Source: Balanoglossus misakiensis
Lineage: Eukaryota; Animalia; Hemichordata
NCBI GenBank assembly: GCA_040954595.2
Contig: JBECUI020000030.1
Location: 186,001 to 250,000, forward strand
Direction of reading: 5' to 3'
DNA length: 64,000 nucleotides
A program made the translations under genes and the position numbers. Of the stretch, positions 28,376 through 38,667 are shown one piece after another (positions within the stretch are counted from its first letter, which is position 1; the number at the start of each line of letters is the position of its first letter). The notes below the pieces were generated by a model that was given only the letters and a program-made list of their open reading frames with translations, searched no databases and was not told the DNA's origin.

Positions 28376-30814
28376 ATGGAAGAACAAGGTGGACGGGTCA
28401 TACCCGTATCTATTGAACAGGAATTACAGGTATCATATCTTAACTACGCAATGTCGGTTATTGTCAGTAGGGCATTACCGGATGTTCGTGATGGGTTAAA
28501 ACCGGTACATCGCCGGATTCTTTATGCAATGTATGAGATGGGCATTCGTGCCAATCAAGCACATAAAAAGAGCAGCCGTATCGTTGGAGAGGTTCTGGGT
28601 AAGTTTCATCCCCATGGTGAAGCTGCAATTTATGAATCACTCGTTCGCCTAGGGCAAGACTTTTCATTACGTTACCCTGTTATTAACGGTCAGGGTAACT
28701 TCGGTTCTATTGATGGTGATCCACCGGCCGCTTCCCGGTATACCGAGGCTCGTATGCAGCGTGTAACTGAGGAAATGTTGCGAGACATCGACAAGGATTC
28801 GGTTGACTTTGTTTCGAACTATGATGAGAGCATGAAAGAACCAAGTGTTCTTCCTGCTGCGTTTCCTTATTTGCTTGCTAATGGTGCAAATGGGATTGCG
28901 GTTGGCATGGCAACGAATATGCCTTCATATAACCTCAATGAGATTTCCGCAGCTGTTACTGCCCTGGTTAAGGATCCCAACATATCAGATGCCGAACTTT
29001 TTCGGCACATGCCGGGACCTGATTTTGCAACGGGTGGGGTTATTCGTGGCAAGCAGGGCATTTATTCTGCTTATAGGAGCGGCAGTGGCAAAATTGTAGT
29101 GCAAGCAAGAAGTGAACTGGAAGAAAAACCGAACGGCAAGATGCAGATAATCGTGCATGAATTACCCTATGCCGTTAACAAGGCAGAGTTGGTTAAACAG
29201 ATAGCCGAGCTTGCCCGTGAGAAACGGATACAGGATATTGAAAACATTAGAGATGAATCGGATCGCGAGGGATTACGAATTGTCGTCAGTCTGAAACGCA
29301 ACACCAATGTTGCTGTTGTATACAATCAGCTGTATAAACACAGTAAATTACAGGTTAACTTCGCTGTTAATGCCCTTGCACTCGTTAATGGACGGCCACA
29401 GCGTCTCTCACTACGAGAGATGGTACAGTATTTTATTGATCATCGTAAAGATGTATTGATACGTCGGACAAAGTTTTTATTGAAAAAAGCTCGGGAGCGA
29501 GAGCATATTCTTGATGGGTTAAGAATAGCACTAGCGAATATTAACGAAGTTATCCGAGAAATCCGCAATGCAAAGAATACTCCTGCAGCAATGTCTGCCT
29601 TGATGAATAATTTCGAGGTTACAGAAATACAAGCACGGGCTATTCTGGACATGCGGCTTTACCGCTTAAGTTCTCTTGAAGTAGAGAAAATTCTTGAAGA
29701 TCTCCGAGAAGTCCGGGCTCAAATTAAGGAATATACAGCATTCCTTGCAAATGAGCAGTTAGTACTGGCTACTGTTGCAGAGGAAACTGAAGCGATTGCG
29801 AAACAGCATGGTAATGACCGAAGAACAACGATCATTGATGATGAAATTGTAGATGTACTCGACGAGGAATTAATACAGGAACAGATAGATAGCATTACGA
29901 TATCAGCTAAGGGTTTTATTCGCCGTATCCACATTGGGACATACCGCAAACAAAAACGAGGCGGACGCGGGAGTAAGGTAGCGAAGACGCAAGTGATAGA
30001 AGATTATCTTCCTCATCTTGCCTTAGCTTCTTCCCATAGTTATGTATTATTGTTTACGACCTTCGGAAAGGCCTATTGGGTCCGCTCATATCAAATTCCG
30101 GAAAGCACGAAAACTGCTAAGGGAACGCATATTAATACTCTTTTACCTTTGGCAGAGGGCGAGCAGATTGCTTCCATTTTTGCCACCCCGAAGATGGACG
30201 AGAAAGAGGAATTACTCTTTGTTACTCGAAACGGCACTATTAAATTGGTAAATGTTACTGCTTTCCGCAATGCAAAACAAAGAGGCATTATTGCCATCAA
30301 GCTGGATGAAGGAAACGAATTAGTACAGGTATTAGCAGTGGATACTTCTCAGGATATATTTCTTCTTTCATCCGATGGCAAGGGGCTGCGCATGCATGCG
30401 AATAATCTCCGGTCAATGGGAAGAAATACCCGCGGTGTTTCGGGGCTGTCTTTGCGGGAGAATGCATCTCTTATTGGTGCTGCAATGGTTCATAAAGACA
30501 GTGAAATGCTTATTGTTTCGGAAAACGGATACGGCAAGCGTATTCATATCAAAGAGTTTACGCCACATAATCGTGGAACGAAGGGACAGATAGCCTATAC
30601 CTTGAATGAAAAAACAGGAATGCTTATGGGTCTTCTTCCTGCTGTCGCCGATGATACATGCCTTTTTATTACTATTTCGGGTATGGGAGTATATATTCAA
30701 TGCAGCGACATTTCTGCGCAGAAGAGAGCCTCAAGCGGTGTTTCCATTGTTTCGTTAAAGGAGGGAGACAAGATCGTTTCCCTTGCACGAACATCTACAG
30801 AATCTACAGAGTAG
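28376..30814 (+). CDS. gyrA: DNA gyrase subunit A
   Basis: RALPDVRDGLKPVHRR, HPHG, SRYT catalytic Tyr, GyrA-box QKRGGRG. Confidence 0.97.
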   Translation: MEEQGGRVIPVSIEQELQVSYLNYAMSVIVSRALPDVRDGLKPVHRRILYAMYEMGIRANQAHKKSSRIVGEVLGKFHPHGEAAIYESLVRLGQDFSLRYPVINGQGNFGSIDGDPPAASRYTEARMQRVTEEMLRDIDKDSVDFVSNYDESMKEPSVLPAAFPYLLANGANGIAVGMATNMPSYNLNEISAAVTALVKDPNISDAELFRHMPGPDFATGGVIRGKQGIYSAYRSGSGKIVVQARSELEEKPNGKMQIIVHELPYAVNKAELVKQIAELAREKRIQDIENIRDESDREGLRIVVSLKRNTNVAVVYNQLYKHSKLQVNFAVNALALVNGRPQRLSLREMVQYFIDHRKDVLIRRTKFLLKKAREREHILDGLRIALANINEVIREIRNAKNTPAAMSALMNNFEVTEIQARAILDMRLYRLSSLEVEKILEDLREVRAQIKEYTAFLANEQLVLATVAEETEAIAKQHGNDRRTTIIDDEIVDVLDEELIQEQIDSITISAKGFIRRIHIGTYRKQKRGGRGSKVAKTQVIEDYLPHLALASSHSYVLLFTTFGKAYWVRSYQIPESTKTAKGTHINTLLPLAEGEQIASIFATPKMDEKEELLFVTRNGTIKLVNVTAFRNAKQRGIIAIKLDEGNELVQVLAVDTSQDIFLLSSDGKGLRMHANNLRSMGRNTRGVSGLSLRENASLIGAAMVHKDSEMLIVSENGYGKRIHIKEFTPHNRGTKGQIAYTLNEKTGMLMGLLPAVADDTCLFITISGMGVYIQCSDISAQKRASSGVSIVSLKEGDKIVSLARTSTESTE

Positions 30815-30837
30815 ATTTTACAGAGCAGAACAGAAAA

Positions 30838-30853
30838 TGTTTCACATGAAACA
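30838..30853. promoter_or_regulatory. parS centromere site
   Basis: TGTTTCACATGAAACA, one mismatch from the consensus TGTTTCACGTGAAACA; intergenic, near oriC and parAB. Confidence 0.85.
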
Positions 30854-30870
30854 ATGCATGCCCAAAATGC

Positions 30871-31938
30871 TTAGTTACTGTTATTGAGGGATTGCTTGAA
30901 GGTCTTAACTGCATCGTGATAGCGAGACATTAATGCTTGTTTATCTCCATCCGAAAGAAATGCGCCGTTAATAGCCGTCTCGTTCAATCGAACAAAGTCA
31001 TCAATTGTCAATGCAAAGTATTCTGCGCTTTTGATGTAGTCATCAGTCAGATCAGTATCTTGGATAAAGGGATCGTCGGAATTGATCGTTACCGGAATAC
31101 CGTGTTTGTATAGTTGGTTCAGAGGATGTGTTCGTTCATCAGGCCAGGATCCAGTTTGATAGTTTGATGTTATGCATTGTTCAAGGACAATGCCGTGGTC
31201 AATAAGAAATTGCTGTAACTTTTCATCCTGGATGCTTGAAGTACCATGTCCAATTCTGTTGGCATGAAGCATACGGATAGCTTCCCATATTTGTTCTGGC
31301 CCCGTTACTTCCCCAGCATGAATGGTAGCTTTATGCAGGTTCTTCTTTTTTACGTAATCAAAGAAATCTGTAAATAAATTAGGGGGGAAGGATACTTCAT
31401 CACCGGCAAGATCGACACCCACAATGCTATCTATATTTAAGGAGCAAATTTTTTCGTAGAGTTCCAACATTTCTTGCTGATTTTGTTTTCCTCGATTGAG
31501 GGTTATCAGATAACGAATATAGATATTCTCTTCTGCCGCAGCTTTATTAGCAGCTTCAATAATCAGAGATGTAATCTTTTTTCGATCAAATTTATTGTAT
31601 AATGAAAAATGTTCAGGAGAAAACCTCAACTCAATATAAAACAAGCCATCGAGCTTCAAGTCCTTCACAGCACTGTAGACAATGTCATATACATCCTCAG
31701 TCGAGCGATACCAATCGGCTCTAAACTTAGATAGAAACTTTTGGAAATCAGGTTCTGCTTCCTTGGGAAATTGCACCTGTTCCTTAAATTCTTTTATATC
31801 GGCAGAGTATGAAAGTTTATTTTTAAGTGCAACTCTATGCAAAGTATTCAGAGAAAACGTTCCTTCCAGATGACGATGTAACTCAATCTTCGGGAAGCGG
31901 GTCATTATCTCTTTATTTAATATATTACTACTCACCAA
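30871..31938 (-). CDS. add: Adenosine deaminase
   Basis: PKIELHRHLEG, DLAGDE, TIHAGE, RIGHG, INSDDP. Confidence 0.92.
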   Translation of the reverse strand: MVSSNILNKEIMTRFPKIELHRHLEGTFSLNTLHRVALKNKLSYSADIKEFKEQVQFPKEAEPDFQKFLSKFRADWYRSTEDVYDIVYSAVKDLKLDGLFYIELRFSPEHFSLYNKFDRKKITSLIIEAANKAAAEENIYIRYLITLNRGKQNQQEMLELYEKICSLNIDSIVGVDLAGDEVSFPPNLFTDFFDYVKKKNLHKATIHAGEVTGPEQIWEAIRMLHANRIGHGTSSIQDEKLQQFLIDHGIVLEQCITSNYQTGSWPDERTHPLNQLYKHGIPVTINSDDPFIQDTDLTDDYIKSAEYFALTIDDFVRLNETAINGAFLSDGDKQALMSRYHDAVKTFKQSLNNSN

Positions 31939-32022
31939 TTACCGCCTAAAAACTATGTTCTCGATATTATTTTCGGCTTTTCACCCTTATTTCTAAAGTA
32001 AAACCTTTTCTAATAACATAGA

Positions 32023-32952
32023 CTATGCAGTTGTCTGCCTATTTAGCATACGATTAATCTCATAATACGCCGGCATAGCGTGCTGTGCACCAGCTTTTTG
32101 CACTGCCAATGCACCGGCGACATTGCCAAAGCGTGTGGAATCCTCTAGTGACTTTCCTTCACACAATGCCGCAACAAATGCTCCAATAAAGGCATCTCCT
32201 GCAGCAGTTGTGTCAACAACCGGCACCTCTACACCGGGAATATGAAAATGCGTTTTCTTGTTCGCAGTAAATACACCCTGCTTACCTAGTGTTAGCACTA
32301 CTGTTTTTACACCTCTTTCCAATAATACTTCGGCAGCTTGCCGGGCAGTCATAATATCAGTTACTGCGATATTTGATAATGCACCAGCCTCGCTTTCGTT
32401 GACTACAAGATAGTCTATCATTTTTAGCACAGGATTTGGAATCGGACATATCGGGGCAGCATTAAGAACAGTAGGAATGCCAAATTGGTATGCCAGTTCA
32501 ATAGTATCGACAACTGTTGCAAAGGGAATTTCTAACTGCATCATCACCATAGATGCCCCTTGAATTAGATGCGTGTTTTCCTGAATATCTGCCATGCCCA
32601 GTGAGGCGTTTGCACCGGCAACAACTATTATTCTATTTTCTCCATTTTCCTCAACTGTGATGAGAGCGACACCGCTTGGATTCTGTGTGTCAATGGAAAC
32701 ATAGGAGTTATCAACCCCAAAGTTGGAAAGTGTTTTCGTTAATTCTTCACCAAATGCATCTTGACCAACACGACCAATCATTTTTATCTTTCCACCAGCT
32801 TGTGCTGCGGCGATTGCCTGATTTGCCCCCTTTCCACCCGGCGTTGTAACAAATGTTTGCCCGAGTACAGTTTCCCCTGCATCAGGAGCACGATGAGCCT
32901 GGACAACTAAGTCCATATTCAGACTTCCAACAACGACAATATATTTTTGCAT
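32023..32952 (-). CDS. rbsK: Ribokinase
   Basis: GSLNMDL, GGKGANQA, NESEA, DTTAAGDAF. Confidence 0.94.
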   Translation of the reverse strand: MQKYIVVVGSLNMDLVVQAHRAPDAGETVLGQTFVTTPGGKGANQAIAAAQAGGKIKMIGRVGQDAFGEELTKTLSNFGVDNSYVSIDTQNPSGVALITVEENGENRIIVVAGANASLGMADIQENTHLIQGASMVMMQLEIPFATVVDTIELAYQFGIPTVLNAAPICPIPNPVLKMIDYLVVNESEAGALSNIAVTDIMTARQAAEVLLERGVKTVVLTLGKQGVFTANKKTHFHIPGVEVPVVDTTAAGDAFIGAFVAALCEGKSLEDSTRFGNVAGALAVQKAGAQHAMPAYYEINRMLNRQTTA

Positions 32953-33111
32953 CTTGTACTTAAAAAGTAGTAACATAATTGAGAGAAAATGTACAGACTG
33001 GTATGGGGAAAATTATTGAGGGGATTTTTTTATAATTTTTTGATATTAGCGGAATAAGAATATGCGATAAAATGCTATGTTATAGTATACTACTAATTGT
33101 TGAGAATAAAA

Positions 33112-34014
33112 ATGAATTTTATGCATAAGGATATAATATCCATTCGAGACTTGAATAAGGATGAATTGCTTTATCTACTTGACTTGGGGGAAAAGATTGA
33201 AGCACTTGATAGAAAAGAGACATTACTGCGGGGGAAAATACTGTCGAATGTTTTCTATGAACCATCGACGCGAACACGGTTGAGTTTTGAAAGTGCGATG
33301 CTCCGTTTAGGTGGGGAAATATCCGGGTTCTCCGATCCACGAACCAGCTCGGTTGTAAAGGGAGAAAAATTAGCTGATACCATCAGGATGATGGCAGAGT
33401 ATAGCGACATCATTGTACTGCGCCACTCAGTGGAGGGTGCTGCTCGTCATGCAGCGGAAATATCCGAGGTTCCGGTTATTAATGCCGGGGATGGAGCGAA
33501 TCAGCATCCGACACAAACATTGCTGGATCTCTTTACTATTCGACGAAGCATGGGGAGGCTGAACGGCTTGCAAATTGCACTTGTCGGCGACCTAAAGTAT
33601 GGCAGAACTGTACATTCCCTTGCCAAAGCACTCTCCTTTTTTGATACAAAACTTATGTTCTGTGCACCGCCACGGTTGGCAATGCCGAGGGAACAGTTGC
33701 TTGACCTGCATACTGATTACATACAAACCTCAGAGATTGCGGAGGTGCTTGATGCAGATATTATATACATGACGAGAATACAAAGGGAACGTTTTGCGGA
33801 CGAGATGGAGTATGAGCAAGTGAAGGGTGTATATATTTTGACCAAGAGTATGCTGAAGGGGAAGAAAGCAAAGGTAATGCACCCCCTTCCGAGGGTAGAT
33901 GAAATTAGTAGCGATATCGATGCAACGGATCATGCCCTGTATTTTGATCAGGTCCGATATGGCGTTGTGGTTCGTCAGGCACTCTTAGCCCTTTTGTTAG
34001 GAGCACTACAATGA
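33112..34014 (+). CDS. pyrB: Aspartate carbamoyltransferase catalytic subunit
   Basis: FYEPSTRTRLSFE, HPTQTLLD, GDLKYGRTVHS, MHPLPR. Confidence 0.96.
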   Translation: MNFMHKDIISIRDLNKDELLYLLDLGEKIEALDRKETLLRGKILSNVFYEPSTRTRLSFESAMLRLGGEISGFSDPRTSSVVKGEKLADTIRMMAEYSDIIVLRHSVEGAARHAAEISEVPVINAGDGANQHPTQTLLDLFTIRRSMGRLNGLQIALVGDLKYGRTVHSLAKALSFFDTKLMFCAPPRLAMPREQLLDLHTDYIQTSEIAEVLDADIIYMTRIQRERFADEMEYEQVKGVYILTKSMLKGKKAKVMHPLPRVDEISSDIDATDHALYFDQVRYGVVVRQALLALLLGALQ

Positions 34015-34460
34015 AAGAACAAACAGTACGCGCTATTGAAAAGGGAACCGTCATAGACCATATCCCGTCGGAATATACATTTAAAATTGCCAATATTTTA
34101 GCATTGGAAAAAATTCGGACAACGGTTATCATTTCCTACGGCTTGCCAAGTGGGAAGATGGATCTTAAGGGACTTATTAAGGTAGCGGATATGCAACTGG
34201 ATAGTTATTTATTGCAAAAGATTGCCCTTATAGCGCCACAAGCAACAATTTCCATAATCCGGGACTATTCGGTCGTAAGCAAGACAAAACTGAAGAGACC
34301 GAGCAAGGTATCTAACATTTTGCGTTGCATCAATCCGAACTGTATTACCAACAAGGAGCCGATTCCAACAGAATTTATTGTTACAGTCAATTATCCGCTT
34401 ACTGTGCAGTGTCGATACTGCGAGCGCACGGTTACCAGCGATGAAATGGAGTTACGTTGA
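34011..34460 (+). CDS. pyrI: Aspartate carbamoyltransferase regulatory subunit
   Basis: GTVIDHIP, CINPNCIT, CRYCE zinc motifs. Confidence 0.95.
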   Translation: MKEQTVRAIEKGTVIDHIPSEYTFKIANILALEKIRTTVIISYGLPSGKMDLKGLIKVADMQLDSYLLQKIALIAPQATISIIRDYSVVSKTKLKRPSKVSNILRCINPNCITNKEPIPTEFIVTVNYPLTVQCRYCERTVTSDEMELR

Positions 34461-35371
34461 GTACCGCAACTACGTTCTGTGGCATCCAATTAGAGAACCC
34501 AACCATTCTGGCATCCGGCATCCTTGGTGTAGCACGGTCTACCTTAATGGCAGTAGCAAAACAGGGTGCAGGAGCCGTAACCATCAAATCAATCAGCAAG
34601 GAATCACGGAAGGGGAACAAGAATCCGGTTCTGCTTACGTATGAGGCAGGCATGATAAACGCTATCGGATATTCCAACCGCGGGGCGCAAAAAGCAAAGG
34701 AAGAATTCATCAATTTGCATGAGTGCGGCATTCCTGTTTTTGCAAGCATTATCGGCAGTACGGCAGACGATTTTGCTTATATGGCGAAGAACTTCCTCTC
34801 AGATGAGTTTGCCGGGGTTGAACTACCGCTTTCCTGTCCACATACTCCGGGCTTTGGTCTGCTTGCCGGTCAGGGCACACCGGAGGAAACATACAAAATA
34901 ACAAAAGCAGTCAAGGATGAAACAGACTTGCCTGTTATTGTTAAGTTATCACCTATTATTTCTCATTTAGGTGATGTCGCCAGTGCGGCAGAAGAAGCCG
35001 GGGCCGACGCACTGAACATGGGAAATAGCCATGGTCCGGGAATGATCATCAATATCGAAACCTGCACGCCGGTATTGGATGCACAGGTGGGAGGAGTAAG
35101 TGGACCGGGCATACGCCCGATAGTGCTTCGATCAGTGTATGATCTATACAAGGCAGTAAAAATTCCTATTATCGGTACTGGCGGCATAATGAACTGGCGG
35201 CATGCAATTGAAATAATTATGGCAGGAGCAAGTCTGGTTGGTCTTGGCAGTGCATTATACTACGAGGGAATGGATGTCTTTTCAAAGATCTGTAACGGCA
35301 TAGGGATGTTTATGAAGGAACAAAACTATGCAAGCATTTCCGAGATGGTAGGACTGGCACATGCACATTGA
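34457..35371 (+). CDS. pyrD: Dihydroorotate dehydrogenase family 1B catalytic subunit
   Basis: NPTILASG, INAIG, SCPH, VKLSP, GGVSG, IIGTGGI. Confidence 0.92.
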   Translation: MSTATTFCGIQLENPTILASGILGVARSTLMAVAKQGAGAVTIKSISKESRKGNKNPVLLTYEAGMINAIGYSNRGAQKAKEEFINLHECGIPVFASIIGSTADDFAYMAKNFLSDEFAGVELPLSCPHTPGFGLLAGQGTPEETYKITKAVKDETDLPVIVKLSPIISHLGDVASAAEEAGADALNMGNSHGPGMIINIETCTPVLDAQVGGVSGPGIRPIVLRSVYDLYKAVKIPIIGTGGIMNWRHAIEIIMAGASLVGLGSALYYEGMDVFSKICNGIGMFMKEQNYASISEMVGLAHAH

Positions 35372-36077
35372 ACAGCCGGTTGCCATGCCCATACGAAAAA
35401 TCATTGATGAGACGCCACGCATCCGGTCATTTTATTTCGACCGCTCCTTTTATGCGGAGCCGGGGCAGTTTGTTTTTTTATGGATTCCGCGAGTAGGTCA
35501 AAAACCTTTTAGTCTGTCATCTATGGACGAGAAGTATTTTTCAGTAACGGTTCGGAAGATCGGAAATTTTACTAAAAGCCTTTTCGAAAAAAATGTCGGA
35601 GACCTGATAGGTATACAAGGACCTTACGGAACTCCTTTTTCCATAGAAGGCAAGACTGCGGCATTGATTGCCGGCGGGTACGGGCTCGCTCCCCTATCCT
35701 TTCTTGCTGATCGGCTACATCCGCGCAAGGTGCACTTTATTGTCGGTACACGCTCCCAAGAGCAGGTTTTTTTTAGTAATAGGCATAAGATGCTTCGCTA
35801 TATCGACTCTGATGGGAGTCAGGTAGTAGATGCCTTGCTGGAAATTATTAACAAGGTTGATGTAGTATACACCTGTGCACCAGAAGCAACTATGAGCAGG
35901 ATTGTTGAAGTATGCCTGGAACATGGGCTTAGATGTCAGATATGTATTGAGCGTTATATGAAATGTGGATTCGGTATCTGTGGAGAATGTGCAGTCTCTC
36001 CCGAAGGTCTTCTAGCCTGTACCCATGGCCCGGTTTTTGACCGAGATACTGCAAGAAAGATTGATAAAATAAAGTAA
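35361..36077 (+). CDS. pyrK: Dihydroorotate dehydrogenase electron transfer subunit
   Basis: PGQF, KPFS, GPYG, AGGYGLAP, MKCGFGICGEC [2Fe-2S]. Confidence 0.93.
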   Translation: MHIEQPVAMPIRKIIDETPRIRSFYFDRSFYAEPGQFVFLWIPRVGQKPFSLSSMDEKYFSVTVRKIGNFTKSLFEKNVGDLIGIQGPYGTPFSIEGKTAALIAGGYGLAPLSFLADRLHPRKVHFIVGTRSQEQVFFSNRHKMLRYIDSDGSQVVDALLEIINKVDVVYTCAPEATMSRIVEVCLEHGLRCQICIERYMKCGFGICGECAVSPEGLLACTHGPVFDRDTARKIDKIK

Positions 36078-36078
36078 A

Positions 36079-37254
36079 ATGCTATTAAAGAACTGCACGA
36101 TATTCATAGACCGGGAGAAAGTTGTTCGAGACATATTAATTCATCAGGGAAGGATCGAGAAAATTGCACAGAATATGCATCATCCAGATGAAATCGACCT
36201 ACAGAAGAAGCATGTATTCCCGGGCATCATTGATCCCCATGTACATATTCGTGACCCAGGTTTGACCTGGAAAGAGGATTTTAGAACTGGATCAATGGCA
36301 GCTGCGGCAGGGGGCATTACAACATTTTTGGACATGCCCAATACTGATCCGCCAACAACAACAATCGCCTGCCTAGAAGAGAAGCGGCAACATGCAAAAA
36401 AAAGCATTGTGAACTACGGCTTCCACTTTGGTACTTGTACAGATAATCTTCATGAAATAAAGCAGGCAGAAAACATTGCATCAATTAAGATATTTATGAA
36501 CGTATCTACCGGGAAACTGCTTATTGAAGACGATGATACCCTGAACAAGTTATTTGCCTGTCAAAGGATGGTAGTTGTTCATGCAGAAGAAGAAATGGCG
36601 GATAAGGCAATTAAACTAGCAAAGAAATATAGCACTCGTCTCTACATAGCTCATGTGAGCAGGAAATGCGAGTTGGAAACGTTACAGCACGAGAAAAATG
36701 ATCATATCTTTGCAGAAGCCACGCCACATCATTTATTCCTAAGTAAAGAAGACAGGAGGGATGGGTTCTTGGATATGAAACCAGCGCTTGCCACCTCATT
36801 AGATCGGGATGCCTTGTTTACTGCGGTACAAGATGGATTAATAGATGCTGTTGGTACTGACCATGCACCGCATACCATTCATGAGAAAAAAACGCACATG
36901 GTATACGGAGTTCCGGGATTGGAAACAATGCTCCCACTCTTATTGAATCAGGTTCATGCGGGGAACATTACCTTAGAACAGATTCAAGAGCTCTGTTGTG
37001 AGAACCCAGCACGAATATTCAAAATTGAGAACAAGGGTTTTATCCGCGAAGGCTTTGATGCGGATCTGACAGTGGTGGATCTTGAGTTAGTCAAACGGGT
37101 TCAGAATGACAAGCTCTATACTAAATGTCGGTGGTCGCCTTTTCACGGCTTGCTTCTTAAGGGTTGGCCGATTCTTACTATAGTACATGGCAAGATTGTC
37201 TTTGACGGAAGCATACATAGTAATGAGGGCAGGGAGGTCCGATTTCATGTATAA
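36079..37254 (+). CDS. pyrC: Dihydroorotase
   Basis: DPHVHIRDPG, DMPNT, EATPHHL, TDHAPH. Confidence 0.93.
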   Translation: MLLKNCTIFIDREKVVRDILIHQGRIEKIAQNMHHPDEIDLQKKHVFPGIIDPHVHIRDPGLTWKEDFRTGSMAAAAGGITTFLDMPNTDPPTTTIACLEEKRQHAKKSIVNYGFHFGTCTDNLHEIKQAENIASIKIFMNVSTGKLLIEDDDTLNKLFACQRMVVVHAEEEMADKAIKLAKKYSTRLYIAHVSRKCELETLQHEKNDHIFAEATPHHLFLSKEDRRDGFLDMKPALATSLDRDALFTAVQDGLIDAVGTDHAPHTIHEKKTHMVYGVPGLETMLPLLLNQVHAGNITLEQIQELCCENPARIFKIENKGFIREGFDADLTVVDLELVKRVQNDKLYTKCRWSPFHGLLLKGWPILTIVHGKIVFDGSIHSNEGREVRFHV

Positions 37255-37906
37255 GAAAGAATTTATTCATTTTCTTGCACAATCGGGTGCAGTAAAATTC
37301 GGTAACTTTCAGCTGAAGAGCGGGAGGGTAGCTCCGTACTTTATTTCAACTGGGGAGTTCAATGATGGCCAGAAAATTTCCGCATTGGGAGAGTTCTATG
37401 CACAGGCAATCCTTGCACATTTTCATAGTTGTGATATTGTTCTTGGTCCTGCATACAAGGGCATCCCGATATGTGTTGCTACTGCGATTGCACTGAACAG
37501 GCTTGGACATAATGTCGGGTATCTGTTTAACCGAAAGATCGAGAAGAACTACGGAATGAAGGATAAATGGATTGGTGCGGAAATAACTGCAGAAAGCAAG
37601 ATTATTCTTGTTGATGATGTTCTGACATCAGGTGCCGCAATTCGTGAAACTGTAGATGCTCTCAAAAGCTATGGGCATGCTTCAGTGCACGGAATTATCA
37701 TAAGTGTTAACCGCCTTGAAAAAGGCATAGGGAACAGGAATGCCTTGGAAGAGCTACAGGATACATTAGGTATACCGGTCTGTGCCATTGTTGATATAAA
37801 TGATATTATCCGCACACTGCACAACAGAGCTGTTGAGAACGTAGTGTATATTGATAATGCTGTCAAAGAGAAGATTGATGCCTATCGGGAGGAGTTTGGT
37901 GCATAG
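37247..37906 (+). CDS. pyrE: Orotate phosphoribosyltransferase
   Basis: FQLKSGRVAPY, GPAYKGIP, LVDDVLTSG. Confidence 0.94.
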   Translation: MYKKEFIHFLAQSGAVKFGNFQLKSGRVAPYFISTGEFNDGQKISALGEFYAQAILAHFHSCDIVLGPAYKGIPICVATAIALNRLGHNVGYLFNRKIEKNYGMKDKWIGAEITAESKIILVDDVLTSGAAIRETVDALKSYGHASVHGIIISVNRLEKGIGNRNALEELQDTLGIPVCAIVDINDIIRTLHNRAVENVVYIDNAVKEKIDAYREEFGA

Positions 37907-38630
37907 TAATATACATGGCAATTACATCTGCCTTGCATGTGATATATCGGATTACAATGAAATACTTGCACTGGTTGATGAATTGCATGATCTCATTGGA
38001 TATTTCAAGCTTAATGCTGCCTATATACAGCATGGTGCTCAATTAATTTCAGCGGTTATTGCAAGGGGCGGCAAGGTTTTTCTCGACTTGAAGTTTCACG
38101 ATATTCCGAACACGGTGCGATTGCATGCTGCTGCCGGCACGGAGTTGGGGGTAAGTATGTTCACTGTGCATGCAGCTGGCGGAAAGGAGATGATGCAGCA
38201 GGCGAGAATGGGTGCAGAGCAGACAGCTGCTGGCCTGGGAGTCCCCCGACCAAAGATCCTTGCCGTAACTGTTATGACATCAATAAGCGAGGAAACTATG
38301 AATAAAGAACTGCAGATACCCGGAAAAATGACCGACCGGGTTATCAAGTGGGGAAGACTTGCTGCCGAGGCTGGGCTGGATGGCATAGTCTGTAGTGCAG
38401 GTGACCTGAATGCAGTTCGTCAGTATCTACCTGATAATTTTTTCTATCTAACGCCCGGTATCCGCCTTGCCGGCACTTCAAACAATGACCAAAAGCGAGT
38501 AACAACACCAGAGGAAGCGCTCCAGGCGGGCAGTTCCCTTCTGGTAATGGGCAGGGCAATATACGGTGCACCGAATAGAAGGCAGGCAGTTCTTGATATT
38601 CTCAAAGATTGTGCGAGAAACAGAAAATAA
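37899..38630 (+). CDS. pyrF: Orotidine-5'-phosphate decarboxylase
   Basis: DLKFHDIPNTV, TVHA, TPGIR, DQKR, VMGRAI; GTG start after GGAGG. Confidence 0.95.
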   Translation: MHSNIHGNYICLACDISDYNEILALVDELHDLIGYFKLNAAYIQHGAQLISAVIARGGKVFLDLKFHDIPNTVRLHAAAGTELGVSMFTVHAAGGKEMMQQARMGAEQTAAGLGVPRPKILAVTVMTSISEETMNKELQIPGKMTDRVIKWGRLAAEAGLDGIVCSAGDLNAVRQYLPDNFFYLTPGIRLAGTSNNDQKRVTTPEEALQAGSSLLVMGRAIYGAPNRRQAVLDILKDCARNRK

Positions 38631-38667
38631 TTCGAGAAGAATGTTAGCAGAATATTAGCAAAGAACG

